Source: Acidobacteriota bacterium (GTDB taxonomy: Bacteria > Acidobacteriota > UBA890 > WLXD01). From it: a stretch of DNA of 64,000 nt. This document shows positions 1-10,268 of the stretch, piece after piece. The notes under the pieces are model-generated. The model saw only the letters and a list, made by a program, of their open reading frames with translations. It made no database searches and was not told the origin of the DNA. How positions within the stretch are numbered: the stretch's first letter is position 1; every line of letters begins with the position of its first letter. The stretch spans positions 1,664,001 to 1,728,000 of the forward strand of contig CBDBHB010000009.1 of the NCBI GenBank assembly GCA_965205505.1, in the 5' to 3' direction. The position numbers and the translations under genes are program-made.

Positions 1-33
1 ATGCTCCAGGAGGTGCTGTCAAAAAAGGTGTGA
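1..33 (+). CDS. IS3 transposase OrfA, C-terminal end (partial)
   Basis: [10 protein letters not shown] matches the end of OrfA in copy 2 (4971-5237). Confidence 0.9.
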   Translation: MLQEVLSKKV

Positions 34-884
34 AGCCGGCGCGCAAGCGCGAGGTGGTGCGGTACCTGCAGGACGGGTTCCGTGTCAGTGAGCGTCGAGC
101 GTGTCGGCTGATCGAGTTGTCGCGCACCAGCCATCGGTATCAGAGCACAAGGACGGACGACCCCGTGCTGCGGCGTCGTCTTGGCGAGCTCGCCGCGGCG
201 CGTCCGCGGTTCGGGTATCGGAGGTTGTGCGTGTTGCTACGCCGCGAGGGATGGGTAGTGAACCAGAAGCGCGTGTATCGGATCTATCGAGAGGAGGGGC
301 TGGAGGTACGGACCAAAAAGCGACGGCGCAAGCGGGCGAGTCACATACGGCTTGTGCTGCCGCCCGCAGAGCGGCCCAACGAGCGCTGGAGCATGGACTT
401 CGTGACCGATCGGCTCGAGAGTGGCCGGCCGTTTCGGGTGCTGACGGTGGTCGATCAGTTTAGCCGTGAATGTCCGTTACTTGAGCCGGGCGTGTCGATG
501 ACCGGCAAGGCGGTGGCTGGAGCACTCGAGCGGCTGTCGTTTGCCGGGCCGTTGCCACGGGTCATCACCGTCGACAATGGCTCAGAATTCTACTCCCAGG
601 CGATGGACTCCTGGGCGTACCGAAGAGGCGTGCAGTTGGAGTTCATTCGGCCGGGAAAGCCCGTGGAGAATGCGTTCATCGAGAGTTTCAACGGACGGCT
701 TCGCGACGAATGCCTCAACGCCAACCTGTTCTTCTCGATCGATGACGCGCGCCGAAAACTGGAGGCTTGGAGGCTTGATTACAATACCCACAGACCACAC
801 AGCTCACTGAACGATCGAACTCCTACGGAGTTCGCCAGGGGCTGGCAACCGGAGGCTTCGGAACACCGAATCCTAAACCTCTGA
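30..884 (+). CDS. IS3 transposase OrfB (rve/DDE integrase core), probably expressed by -1 frameshift
   Basis: [29 protein letters not shown] and [10 protein letters not shown] motifs. Confidence 0.95.
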   Translation: MKPARKREVVRYLQDGFRVSERRACRLIELSRTSHRYQSTRTDDPVLRRRLGELAAARPRFGYRRLCVLLRREGWVVNQKRVYRIYREEGLEVRTKKRRRKRASHIRLVLPPAERPNERWSMDFVTDRLESGRPFRVLTVVDQFSRECPLLEPGVSMTGKAVAGALERLSFAGPLPRVITVDNGSEFYSQAMDSWAYRRGVQLEFIRPGKPVENAFIESFNGRLRDECLNANLFFSIDDARRKLEAWRLDYNTHRPHSSLNDRTPTEFARGWQPEASEHRILNL

Positions 885-957
885 CTGGTACTGATTTCGG
901 GGTGGGGTCAAGCACCGAGTTACTGAGATAAGACGTGGTACTAACCGTGGGGTCAGG

Positions 958-2472
958 TCAGCTGTACTCGACGTTGTAGCCGGTGAGCGTGAGGTTGCCT
1001 AGGGTGTGCAACCAGGTCTCCTGCAACCGCTGCCACTCCGGGCCGAGTGCCTCACGCCACGTTGCCGAGAGGTTCTGGTTCTGCGGCAGGATGTGCTCGA
1101 TGGTGTACTCGTGCACCGGCACGCGCTCCTTGCGGCCGTAGTTCTCCAGACGGCGCAGCCAGTAGCTCCGACTCCGGAAGTTGTAGAGGTCGCGCTTGGA
1201 CAGCTCGCGCTTGAACTCCTCGTCGAGCGGAAAGCGTCGGTAGGACGGCAGAGCGAGGAAGTGCGCCTGGATGCTCTCGATGTAGCGGTCCTTCTGGAGC
1301 ACACGTCCGAAGGTGGCGAAGGTCTTGTTGAGCGAGTTGGTGAGAATGGCACACACTGCCCGGCGGAACACGTAGGCTTCGACCAGCCGCACGGCCCGGA
1401 CGAAGTCTTCTTTCCGGAGCCGGCCCTGCGCGTAGTCGTCGTATAGCTCCAGGAGGAATGGAAAGGCCACCTCCACCTTCAGCTCGCGGAGATCCTGGAA
1501 CGCTGGCGCGAGGTCCTTGTCAGGCTCCTTGCCGAGCGCCATCGCGCAGTAATAATCAGCGTAGGCGTGGATGTCGGCGACGAGGGCATCCACGCCGGCT
1601 GCTGCTATCTCGGGCGAGTGTGCGTGGCCCTTGAAGGCTTCGTAGACGGCCTTGATGTTCGGGATCTCGCCGGTCTTGAGCGTCAAGTAGTGACGCATGA
1701 AGCGGTCGAAGTGCTTGCCGTAGTGCTCCTGCCCAAAGGCGACCTCCATCGGCCGCCAGTGCTCCTCGTAGAGGCTCGTCTGCTGGGCGGTGTCCAGACC
1801 CATCAGGATGAAGTTGCGGATCAGGTCAGCCTGACTCAGCGCGCGGCCAGTCGAGTTCATGCTCTCGAAGATGAGCTGCGGGTTGTCCTGATCGTGGCTG
1901 AGGGCGATGTCCACGATCATGAGCTTTGCGAGCCCCTTGCACAGCGGCGCAAAGTCGGCCCCGACCGCCTGCACCCGCTTCTCGAAGAAGTCGAAGTTCG
2001 CCATGATGCGGAGCGAGGGCTCGGCCGGCTGCGGTTTCTGCTGCATCAGGGCGAGCAGGCTCTGCTTGTCCGTCTGGGTGAGGAGGAGCTTGAAGCCGCG
2101 CTCGCCCTCTTCCAGCGGGTTGAGCAGATAGTAGCTGCGTAGCTTCTTCGCCGAGAAACCGTCCACCGGCTCCCCGTTACCCACGCGCTTCGCCAGGGCT
2201 TCGAGAATGAGCATCACGGTCGTCAGGCGCTGCTGACCGTCGATGACGAGCAAAACTGACTGGCTAGAGACCTGATAGAGCCCCTCTTCGATGTAGACAA
2301 TGGAGCCGACGAAGTGGGCCGCGATGTCCTCGTTGCTGCCCGTCCGTAGGATGTCGTCCCAGAGTTGACGGCACTCGCTCTCCGTCCAGCTATAGGTGCG
2401 CTGGTAGATGGGGATGACGAACTGTGGTGACTTCTTGAGGAAGTCGAGGAACTTGACTTCGGTGGCCTTCAT
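958..2472 (-). pseudogene. DUF262 + DUF1524 (GmrSD/RloF-like) nuclease, 3'-truncated by the IS
   Basis: IPIYQRTYSW, IDGQQRLTT, IFESMNSTG, then HNH-type TIEHILPQ...LGNLTL; frame stops at the IS end (TGA supplied by IS terminus); ATG at 2472 overlaps the hsdM stop. Confidence 0.85.
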
Positions 2473-3322
2473 CGGGCATTTCCCCCAATGATTTCCTCCA
2501 ACAGTCCGTCCGTTGCCTGCTCCAGCGCCAGGATGTCGGCGCGAATCTCCTTGAGCGAACGCATCGGCGTCGGCTTGTAGAAGTAACGGGTAAAGCTGAT
2601 CTCGTAGCCGATCTTCACGCTGCCCGGGACGTACCAGGCGTCGGCCGCGTAAGGGAGTACCTCGCGGCGCAGGAACGTCTCGACGCCGCCCTGCTCCAAT
2701 AGCGGCACCTGCTCGGTGTCCCGCAGATCGGTGTCCGGCTCGTACTCGACCACGCACTGCTTCTTGCTGATGGTCACCTCGAACAGGCCGACCAGTGGGT
2801 TGGGTTCAACGCCTCGCTTGTGGATCTTCTTGATGACGGGCGGTGCACTCTCGTCCCGCTCGGCGGTCTCCTTGAGGGCCTTGATCTCCTTTGCCGCGTA
2901 GGCTCGGTCGGGGTCGGTCCCCGTGAGCCGGAGGGGTCGCTCGACCTTCACCTTCCGGTACCCGAAGGCGGCGTTCGGGAAAATCTTGGACTGCTCGGTC
3001 TCCTCGAAGGCCAGGAACGCGTCGCAGATGCGGGTGATGTCCTCTTCGGACAGCTCGCAGTTCTTCTTGCCCAGGTTCTTGCGCAGCGGCTTGAACCACT
3101 GCGTGGCGTCGATGAGCTGGACCTTCCCCCGTCGATGGGCAGGTTTTCGGTTCGTCAGCACCCAGATGTAGGTGGCGATGCCGGTGTTGTAGAACATGTT
3201 CAGCGGCAACGCGACGATCGCCTCCAGCCAGTCCTTCTCGATGATCCAGCGGCGGATGTTGCTCTCTCCCTGCCCGGCGTTGCCCGTGAACAGGGAGCTG
3301 CCGTTGTGGACCTCGGCAACGG
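2469..3322 (-). pseudogene. hsdM: Type I restriction-modification methyltransferase, C-terminal fragment
   Basis: HNGSSLFTG..GESNIRRWIIE.DWLEAIVALP..MFYNTGIATYIWVL and KIGYEISFTRYFY; N-terminal half with SAM-binding and NPPY motifs is absent. Confidence 0.85.
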
Positions 3323-4053
3323 GAGTCTCACTACTGGTATGCAGCCACACCTGTGCCGCAGTCCAAGAAGTATGTGGGCGTGGACGGCCAATGCCTGGTA
3401 GAGCTTCGCAGCGACCGGCAGCAGACGATGGTCCCACCGTCGATTCATCCGGGCGGGGAACAATTGGAGTGGGACGCGTCCGACGCGCCTGCAAAGGTGG
3501 ATGGCCAAAGTCTATGCGACAGTGTCGCTGCTTTGGCGGCCGCCACTGTGTTGACCCGTAGTTGGCCCCGAGAAGCCGGCAGCAGACAGGAGTTGGCGCT
3601 CGCCGTCGCTGGTCTTCTCGGGTACGGCGGTGTGCCGATCGAGCTCGCTCAGCAGATCATCGGCTGTGCAGCACGATTTGCTGGAGACGAGGAGTGGCAG
3701 AAGCGACAGGACGCCGTTCAGCCTACCTACGAGAAGCTTGCACTCGATGACCCCGTGACGGGGGGACCAACCGTCGAGACACTGCTGCCGTGTGGCGATG
3801 AGATCGTGCCGAGGCTGCGCGGCTGGCTCGGACTACGAGCAGGCGAGTCTGCTGAGTCACGTGTTGACAGCTGGCTCGAGGCCCACGCCAACAAGGACAA
3901 CGCCGACGTGCAGGAAATTCTCCAGCCTCTATCCGAGCTGCAGCCGTTAGCGTACGAGCAGGTTCGGGAGCAGGTCAGCAAGGTGGCGAGTGTCCGTATC
4001 GGTGTGCTTGATGAAGAAGTCAAGAAGCTTCGGGTCACGCCCGCAGCTACCAA
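3323..4053 (+). pseudogene. Phage/ICE-type primase-like replication gene, N-terminal piece (5'-truncated, IS-interrupted)
   Basis: SHYWY...VELRS...QTMVPPSIHP.GE resembles the Prim-Pol C-terminal region; rejoins 5319 in frame when the IS is removed. Confidence 0.7.
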
Positions 4054-4129
4054 TGACCTGACCCCACGGTTAGTACCACGTCTTATCTCAGTAACTCGGT
4101 GCTTGACCCCACCCCGAAATCAGTACCAG

Positions 4130-4974
4130 TCAGAGGTTTAGGATTCGGTGTTCCGAAGCCTCCGGTTGCCAGCCCCTGGCGAACTCCGTAGGAGTTCGAT
4201 CGTTCAGTGAGCTGTGTGGTCTGTGGGTATTGTAATCAAGCCTCCAAGCCTCCAGTTTTCGGCGCGCGTCATCGATCGAGAAGAACAGGTTGGCGTTGAG
4301 GCATTCGTCGCGAAGCCGTCCGTTGAAACTCTCGATGAACGCATTCTCCACGGGCTTTCCCGGCCGAATGAACTCCAACTGCACGCCTCTTCGGTACGCC
4401 CAGGAGTCCATCGCCTGGGAGTAGAATTCTGAGCCATTGTCGACGGTGATGACCCGTGGCAACGGCCCGGCAAACGACAGCCGCTCGAGTGCTCCAGCCA
4501 CCGCCTTGCCGGTCATCGACACGCCCGGCTCAAGTAACGGACATTCACGGCTAAACTGATCGACCACCGTCAGCACCCGAAACGGCCGGCCACTCTCGAG
4601 CCGATCGGTCACGAAGTCCATGCTCCAGCGCTCGTTGGGCCGCTCTGCGGGCGGCAGCACAAACTCGCCCGCTTGCGCCGTCGCTTCTTGGTCCGTACCT
4701 CCAGCCCCTCCTCTCGATAGATCCGATACACGCGCTTCTGGTTCACTACCCATCCCTCGCGGCGTAGCAACACGCACAACCTCCGATACCCGAACCGCGG
4801 ACGCGCCGCGGCGAGCTCGCCAAGACGACGCCGCAGCACGGGGTCGTCCGTCCTTGTGCTCTGATACCGATGGCTGGTGCGCGACAACTCGATCAGCCGA
4901 CACGCTCGACGCTCACTGACACGGAACCCGTCCTGCAGGTACCGCACCACCTCGCGCTTGCGCGCCGGCTTTAC
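4130..4974 (-). pseudogene. IS3 OrfB with 10-bp frameshifting deletion
   Basis: Lacks CACATACGGC present in copy 1 (322+ region, nt 342-351); split into ORFs 4609-4950 and 4130-4903. Confidence 0.9.
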
Positions 4975-5237
4975 ACCTTTTTTGACAGCACCTCCTGGAG
5001 CATGTGCTTGTCCAAGCTCAGATCTGCCACCAGCTGCTTCAACTTCCGGTTCTTATGGCGGAGTTGTCGTAGCTCCCGAAGTTCGGCCACGCCCATCCCG
5101 GCGAACTTGCGGCGCCACGTGTACAACGTCTGCTCGCTGACGCCCAGCTTGCGACACACCTCCTTGATCGGCGTGCCCGCCTCAGCCTGCCGCAGCGCGT
5201 AGGCAATCTGCTCGTCCGTGTACCTCTTGCGCTTCAT
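4971..5237 (-). CDS. IS3 transposase OrfA (HTH)
   Basis: MKRKRYTDEQIAYALRQAEAG...CRKLGVSEQTLYTWRRKF...NRKLKQLVADLSLD. Confidence 0.95.
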   Translation of the reverse strand: MKRKRYTDEQIAYALRQAEAGTPIKEVCRKLGVSEQTLYTWRRKFAGMGVAELRELRQLRHKNRKLKQLVADLSLDKHMLQEVLSKKV

Positions 5238-5314
5238 TCGTCCTCCTGCTTGGAGGACTACGGTACCCCGATTTCCTAAACATCAACCTGGCACCGTTTT
5301 CGGGGTTTGGGTCA

Positions 5315-6690
5315 CCAACACCATCGGAACCGCTGTTACCTGGCAACAGATCGAGCCGTGGCCGCATCCCGTTTCGGCAGGTGAGTTGGCGGACGATCTG
5401 GTCAAGATATTCGACACCTATCTGGTGATGCCGAAAGGAGCGGCAGAGGCAGTCGCGCTTTGGGTGCTGCATGCTCACGCTCATGATGCATCAGAGGTAT
5501 CGCCCATTCTCGCGATCACGTCGCCGGAGAAAAGGTCGGGAAAGACCACGTTGCTGGAGCTGATTCAGGAAATTGTCCCCCGCCCCTTTCCGGCGAGCAA
5601 CGTCAGTACCGCTGCAGTGTTCCGTTCTGTCGAGAAGTGGAGGCCGACCCTGCTGATCGACGAAGCCGATACATTCCTTAATGATCGCGAGGATCTGCGC
5701 GGTGTTCTCAACAGCGGTCATCGTCACTCGATGGCGTTCGTCATCCGGACTGTCGGGGAGGATCATGAGCCTAGGAGCTTTGAGACGTGGGCTCCAAAGG
5801 CGATCGCGAAGATCGGATCATTACCCGACACTCTGCATGATCGGTCGATCGTGATTCCGATGCGTCGGAAGAGAACGGACGAATCGAAACGACGATTGCG
5901 AAGAGACCGCCTTGCCTCAGAGTGCAGCGGGCCCCTTAGACAAGCAGCGACGTGGGCCGAACAACAACAGGAGGATCTGCGGCAGCGCGACCCGATGCTT
6001 CCCGAGCAGTTGCATGACCGTGCTCGCGACAACTGGCGCCCGTTGATTGCGATCGCGGACTCCCTGGGCGGTGATTGGCCGCAACGGGCACGCACAGCAG
6101 CGCTGGGTTTGTCTGGAATCGTGGCTCCCGAGGAAGAATCGATCAGGGTACAGCTCCTCGAGGCTCTCAGGAGGGTCTTCACGGACTCTGACGCAGACAA
6201 GCTCCCGAGCCGGGATATTGTTGAGCAGCTCGTACTCATGGAAGACGGACCGTGGGCTGAATACCGAAGGGGCAAACCGATCACTCCGGCTCAAGTAGCG
6301 AGGTTGCTTCGCCCTCATGGGGTTCGTCCCAAGGACATCTGGATTGCGGATGGCCACGGGGGTGGGCGGACACTCAAAGGCTACGAGCTAGCTGCCCTTC
6401 AAGATGCCTTCGGCCGGTACCTACCACCCGCCGATGCGCAAGAGCCGCAAGAGTCAGTAGCCGGCGGTGCTTATGGGGATGAGACACACCGCGAGGATGA
6501 GTCGTTCATCGCGGGCAACGGACAGGGTGAATTCCCCGACCTGGAGGGGGGTCTTGCGGCTCTCGCGGCTAGAGAGGCCGCCGAGGACAAAACAGAAACC
6601 TCTGAACAAGACAAGTGTGAGAGGTTTACAGATCAGCCTCCCATCCCTCCCAAGTCTCCGGACCATCCTTATCCAGGAGGTTTGGCATGA
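5315..6690 (+). pseudogene. DUF3631-type P-loop ATPase/helicase part of the IS-interrupted replication gene
   Basis: SPEKRSGKTT Walker A, TLLIDEAD Walker B, LNSGH, DRARDNWRPLIAIAD. Confidence 0.8.
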
Positions 6691-6878
6691 GTACAACCTC
6701 CGAATATCTCTCAGTCGATCAGGTGGCCGAAGTGCTGCATCTCAGCCCCGGCACTATCTATCAGTACACATCGAAGCGTCGAATCCCGTTCATCAAGTTC
6801 GGTGGAAAGCTCCTTTTTGAGTGGGAAGAGATCAAGGAGTGGCTCCACGAGCACCGGCAGGAGGTTCGAGATGCCTAA
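6687..6878 (+). CDS. Excisionase-like helix-turn-helix protein
   Basis: 63 aa, YLSVDQVAEVLHLSPGTIYQ...IPFIKFGGKLLF; directly upstream of and overlapping the integrase. Confidence 0.85.
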   Translation: MSTTSEYLSVDQVAEVLHLSPGTIYQYTSKRRIPFIKFGGKLLFEWEEIKEWLHEHRQEVRDA

Positions 6879-8313
6879 GAAGCTTCCGAAGAACATCCGC
6901 CGTGTTGGGCGTCGTTTCATGGTCGACAAACAGATCGACGGCACACGCTACCGGGAGACGTTCCGCACACTGCCGGCGGCGGTGGTGTGGCTCAACGACC
7001 TGAATCTCCGCGCTCTCACGGGGCACAAGGAACGGACCACGGGTCGAGTTGCGATCCGAGCGTGGATCGAGCGCTCGATGCGATGGACGCGCGCTGAAAA
7101 GGCCTCGAGCACGGCCGACAACTACAAAAACGCCCTGAGGAAACTGGAGGAGTTCCTGCGGACAACGGCAACGGAGGTCACCCACCTGGACGAGCTGACA
7201 CCGGCCGTACTGGAGGAGTTCAAGCTGCACCGGTTGGGCAGCCCGAGCGGTCGAGGCGGAACCCTTAAACCGACGACAGTGAATCTGGATCTCAGGTTGA
7301 TCGGCACCGCCCTGAAGCGATCCGTTCGGCTGGGTGAGATTGACGACAACCCTATGGCGAACGTCGAGCGCCTTGCCGTGAGGTCAAGACCCCCGAGGTA
7401 TCTGTCCGAGCGCGAGGTGGCCCTGTTGCTTGATGCGGCGCCGGACAAGGACCGACCGCTGTATGCGCTGCTGTACTACACGGGGTTGCGCATTGGAGAA
7501 GCCTTGCACCTGCAGTGGAAGGACATTGCCTGGCCTTCCCGTTGCATCATCGTGCGGGGCAAGAAGGGCTGGGATCCGAAGACCGGCGGCTCGCGAGCCG
7601 TTCCACTGCACCCGGATCTGGAGGTCCACTTGCAGGACGTGCCGGTGCTGGGTGAGTGGATATTCGCCCATGCCGACGGCCAAAGGCGAGCCTACGATGG
7701 AGTCGACGCTGCCTTCAGACGCCTGACCCGGAAGTTGGGGATCAAGGGGGCGAGCCTGCATACCCTGCGGCATACGTTCGCGAGCCACCTGGTGCAGCAG
7801 ACCGGGGATATCCGGGCAGTACAGGAGCTACTGGGCCACAGCGACCTGCACCAAACGATGGTCTACGCGCACACCTCAAGCGAGCAACTGCATAAGCAGG
7901 TGGCGAAGCTGCCGACGCCGAAAATGTCAAAGAAAATGTCAAAGGACTCGGAGCTGGAATCAGGATCCGTCGAGAAGTCCTTTAACTACAGCGAGTTGGA
8001 AAGAGTGGGCGCACCGGGATTCGAGCCTGTGAGTACTTCGTCATGGAGTATGTACAAGGGATTCCGATCACCGAGCACTGCGACCGCAACCGTCTCAGCG
8101 TACGACAGCGCCTGGAGTTGTTTCAGCGAGTGTGCGCGGGCGTTCAGCATGCCCAACAGAAAGCGATCATCCACCGGGACATCAAGCCGTCGAACGTGCT
8201 CGTGGCGATTCACGACGACGAAGCGGTTCCGAAGATCATCGATTTCGGCGTCGCCAAGGCGACAGCCCAGCGGCTCACTGAAAACACCGTGTTCACCGAG
8301 CTCGGACAGCTGA
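6871..8313 (+). CDS. Tyrosine recombinase/integrase; frame runs through the att remnant so the last ~95 aa are probably not native
   Basis: YTGLRIGE, PKT, HTLRHTFAS, LLGH, TMVYAH catalytic motifs; ATG at 6871. Confidence 0.9.
   Translation: MPKKLPKNIRRVGRRFMVDKQIDGTRYRETFRTLPAAVVWLNDLNLRALTGHKERTTGRVAIRAWIERSMRWTRAEKASSTADNYKNALRKLEEFLRTTATEVTHLDELTPAVLEEFKLHRLGSPSGRGGTLKPTTVNLDLRLIGTALKRSVRLGEIDDNPMANVERLAVRSRPPRYLSEREVALLLDAAPDKDRPLYALLYYTGLRIGEALHLQWKDIAWPSRCIIVRGKKGWDPKTGGSRAVPLHPDLEVHLQDVPVLGEWIFAHADGQRRAYDGVDAAFRRLTRKLGIKGASLHTLRHTFASHLVQQTGDIRAVQELLGHSDLHQTMVYAHTSSEQLHKQVAKLPTPKMSKKMSKDSELESGSVEKSFNYSELERVGAPGFEPVSTSSWSMYKGFRSPSTATATVSAYDSAWSCFSECARAFSMPNRKRSSTGTSSRRTCSWRFTTTKRFRRSSISASPRRQPSGSLKTPCSPSSDS
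7921..7944 (+). repeat. Tandem 12-bp direct repeat AAAATGTCAAAG x2, candidate integrase arm-type sites
   Basis: Perfect AT-rich duplicate about 60 bp from the tRNA-like att remnant. Confidence 0.6.
8005..8032 (-). other. tRNA 3'-end-like fragment (Val-like), probable att site remnant
   Basis: Minus strand TCACAGGCTCGAATCCCGGTGCGCCCAC resembles T-arm plus acceptor 3' strand; no D or anticodon arm present. Confidence 0.65.
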
Positions 8314-10238
8314 TCGGCACGCCAGAGTACATGAGTCCCGAGCAAGCGGAGATGAGCCAGCAGGATGTCGACACCCGGACGGATGTTTACGCGCTCGGCG
8401 TGGTGCTGTACGAGTTGCTCGTCGGGGCGCTGCCCTTTGACGCGCGGGAGCTGCGCCAGGCGGGGCTGATCGAGATTCACCGCAGGATCCGCGAAGACGA
8501 GCCATCCAAGCCCAGCACGCGGGTAAGTGGTCTCGGGGATGCGTCGATCGCGGCCGCGGCGCGACGACAGACCGACCCTCTGGCGCTAGTGGGCGAGCTG
8601 CGTGGTGATCTTGACTGGATCACCATGAAGTCGCTAGAGAAAGACCGCACGCGCAGGTACGGCTCACCGGCGGAGTTGGCGGCAGATCTCAGAAGGTACC
8701 TGGCGGACGAACCGGTGGAAGCGACGCCGCCCAGTGCCACCTACCGGATGCGCAAGTTCGTGCGCCGCCACCGCATTGGGGTGACAGCCGCAGCGACCCT
8801 GGTCGTTCTGTTGATCGCGTTCGGGGCGTCAATAAGCTTGCAGGCGGCGCGCATCGCCCGCGAGCGCGACCGAGCCAACCGCGAGGCCGAGACGGCGCAG
8901 CGGGTGTCTCAGTTCATGAGCGGGCTCTTCCAGGTCTCGAATCCGAGCGAAGCTCAAGGTAATGCGGTCACCGCCAGAGAGATTCTCGATCAGGGCGTTG
9001 CCAGCATTCGCGGGGACCTGGACGATCAGCCGCTGATCCAAGCGCAGCTTCTCGACACCATGGGCAACGTGTACTCGAACCTAGGGCTCTACGAGGCGGC
9101 GCTGCCGCTTCTCGAGCGTGCGCTGTCGTCGCGCGCCGAGCTGCTCGGGGACGATGATCCGCAGACGCTGACATCGAAGGCGCACTTGGTTGCACTGCAC
9201 AATGAGCGCGGGCGGTTCGAGACCGCCGAGCAGCTCGGCGAGAAGGTGCTCGCGAGCCGGCAGCGTGTCCTGGGAGAGCAGCACCCGGACACCATCGAGT
9301 CGATGCGCGAGTTGGCGCTTGCCTACAACGGTCAAGCTCGGTATGGCGAGGCGGAGGATCTCCTGCGGTCGACGGCGGCGGCAAGCGCGCGGGTTCTGGG
9401 CGAAGGTCACCCGGATACGCTTCGTTCGATCCTCAGCCTCGGGGCGCTGTTCCAGAACCAAGGGAGGTTTGACGAGGCCGAGGTGCTCACCCGTGATGCC
9501 CTCGAGGTAGCACGGCGCACCGACGGTGGGGACCATCCGATGACCCTCACTCTGGCCCACAACCTCGCCTCGATCTCGATTAGTCAGGGACGCTACGGCG
9601 AGGCCGAGACACTGGTGGCCCAGGTGCTCGCCGATCGGCGCCGAGTGCTGGGTGAGGAGCACCGATACACGCTTACCTCTGAGTACGTGCTGGCGCTGTC
9701 GCACTTCTACCGCGGCCAGTACGACGACGTCGTGGCGATCCTGGAGCCGAGCGTCGAGAGGGCTCGCCGCTCACTCGGCGAGGATCACCCCGACACGCTG
9801 GAGTCGATGAGCCTGCTGGGAGAGGCCTATCGGGAGATCGGACAATACCGCGCCGCCGAGCCTCTGCTCCGTACCGCGTTGGATCTACGTCGCCGCGCGC
9901 TAGGCGAGGACCACCTTCGTACCCAGTGGTCTATATACAACCTGGCTTCTTTGTACCGGGACGAGGGGCGCAACGACGAGGCCGAGAGCCTCTACCGGCA
10001 GACCCTCGAGATCGAGCTCCGCGTGCTCGGCGAGGACCACCCGGAGACAGCAGACACTGCCTATCAACTGGCCCGCCTCGACGCTCGCCGCGGCAATGTG
10101 CTCGCCGCCCTCGAATGGCTCCGACGGGCGCGGCGCTATGGGTTCCCCGTTATCGAGACCTTGATGGACGAGCCGGACTTCGAGTCGCTTCGCGACGATC
10201 CGCGGTTCGCGCAGATCGCCACCCAGCTCCGGCAGTAG
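8034..10238 (+). pseudogene. Ser/Thr protein kinase with TM helix and kinesin-light-chain-like TPR repeats, 5'-truncated
   Basis: Begins at YFVMEY (subdomain V); HRDIKPSN, IIDFG, GTPEYMSPEQ present; Gly-rich loop and VAxK lysine missing; repeated LGEDHPDT. Confidence 0.85.
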
Positions 10239-10268
10239 AGCCTCGAGATCCTCGGGGCGGGACCCAGC

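Larger units (their letters stand above)
1..960 (+). mobile_element. IS3-family insertion sequence, copy 1 (left part outside window)
   Basis: orfA tail and orfB overlapping at an AAAAAAG slippery site (21-27); ends in ...GGGGTCA at 910 and again ...CAGGTCA at 960; near-identical inverted copy at 4054-5314. Confidence 0.95.
4054..5314 (-). mobile_element. IS3-family insertion sequence, copy 2, complete, flanked by 4-bp CCAA target duplication
   Basis: TGACC termini at 4054 and 5314; CCAA at 4050-4053 and 5315-5318; reverse complement of 1-960 with a few SNPs. Confidence 0.95.

Noticed and set aside
1-5314. Composite transposon or inversion formed by the two inverted IS copies
   Set aside because: Copy 2 has its own CCAA duplication and the interrupted gene is colinear across it, so it inserted independently and no inversion has occurred.
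8005-8032. Intact tRNA gene
   Set aside because: Only a T-arm and acceptor 3' strand are present; no D or anticodon arm.
9000-10100. Periodic DNA repeats or CRISPR-like array
   Set aside because: Periodicity comes from ~42-aa TPR units in the kinase; no identical repeats with spacers and no cas genes in the window.
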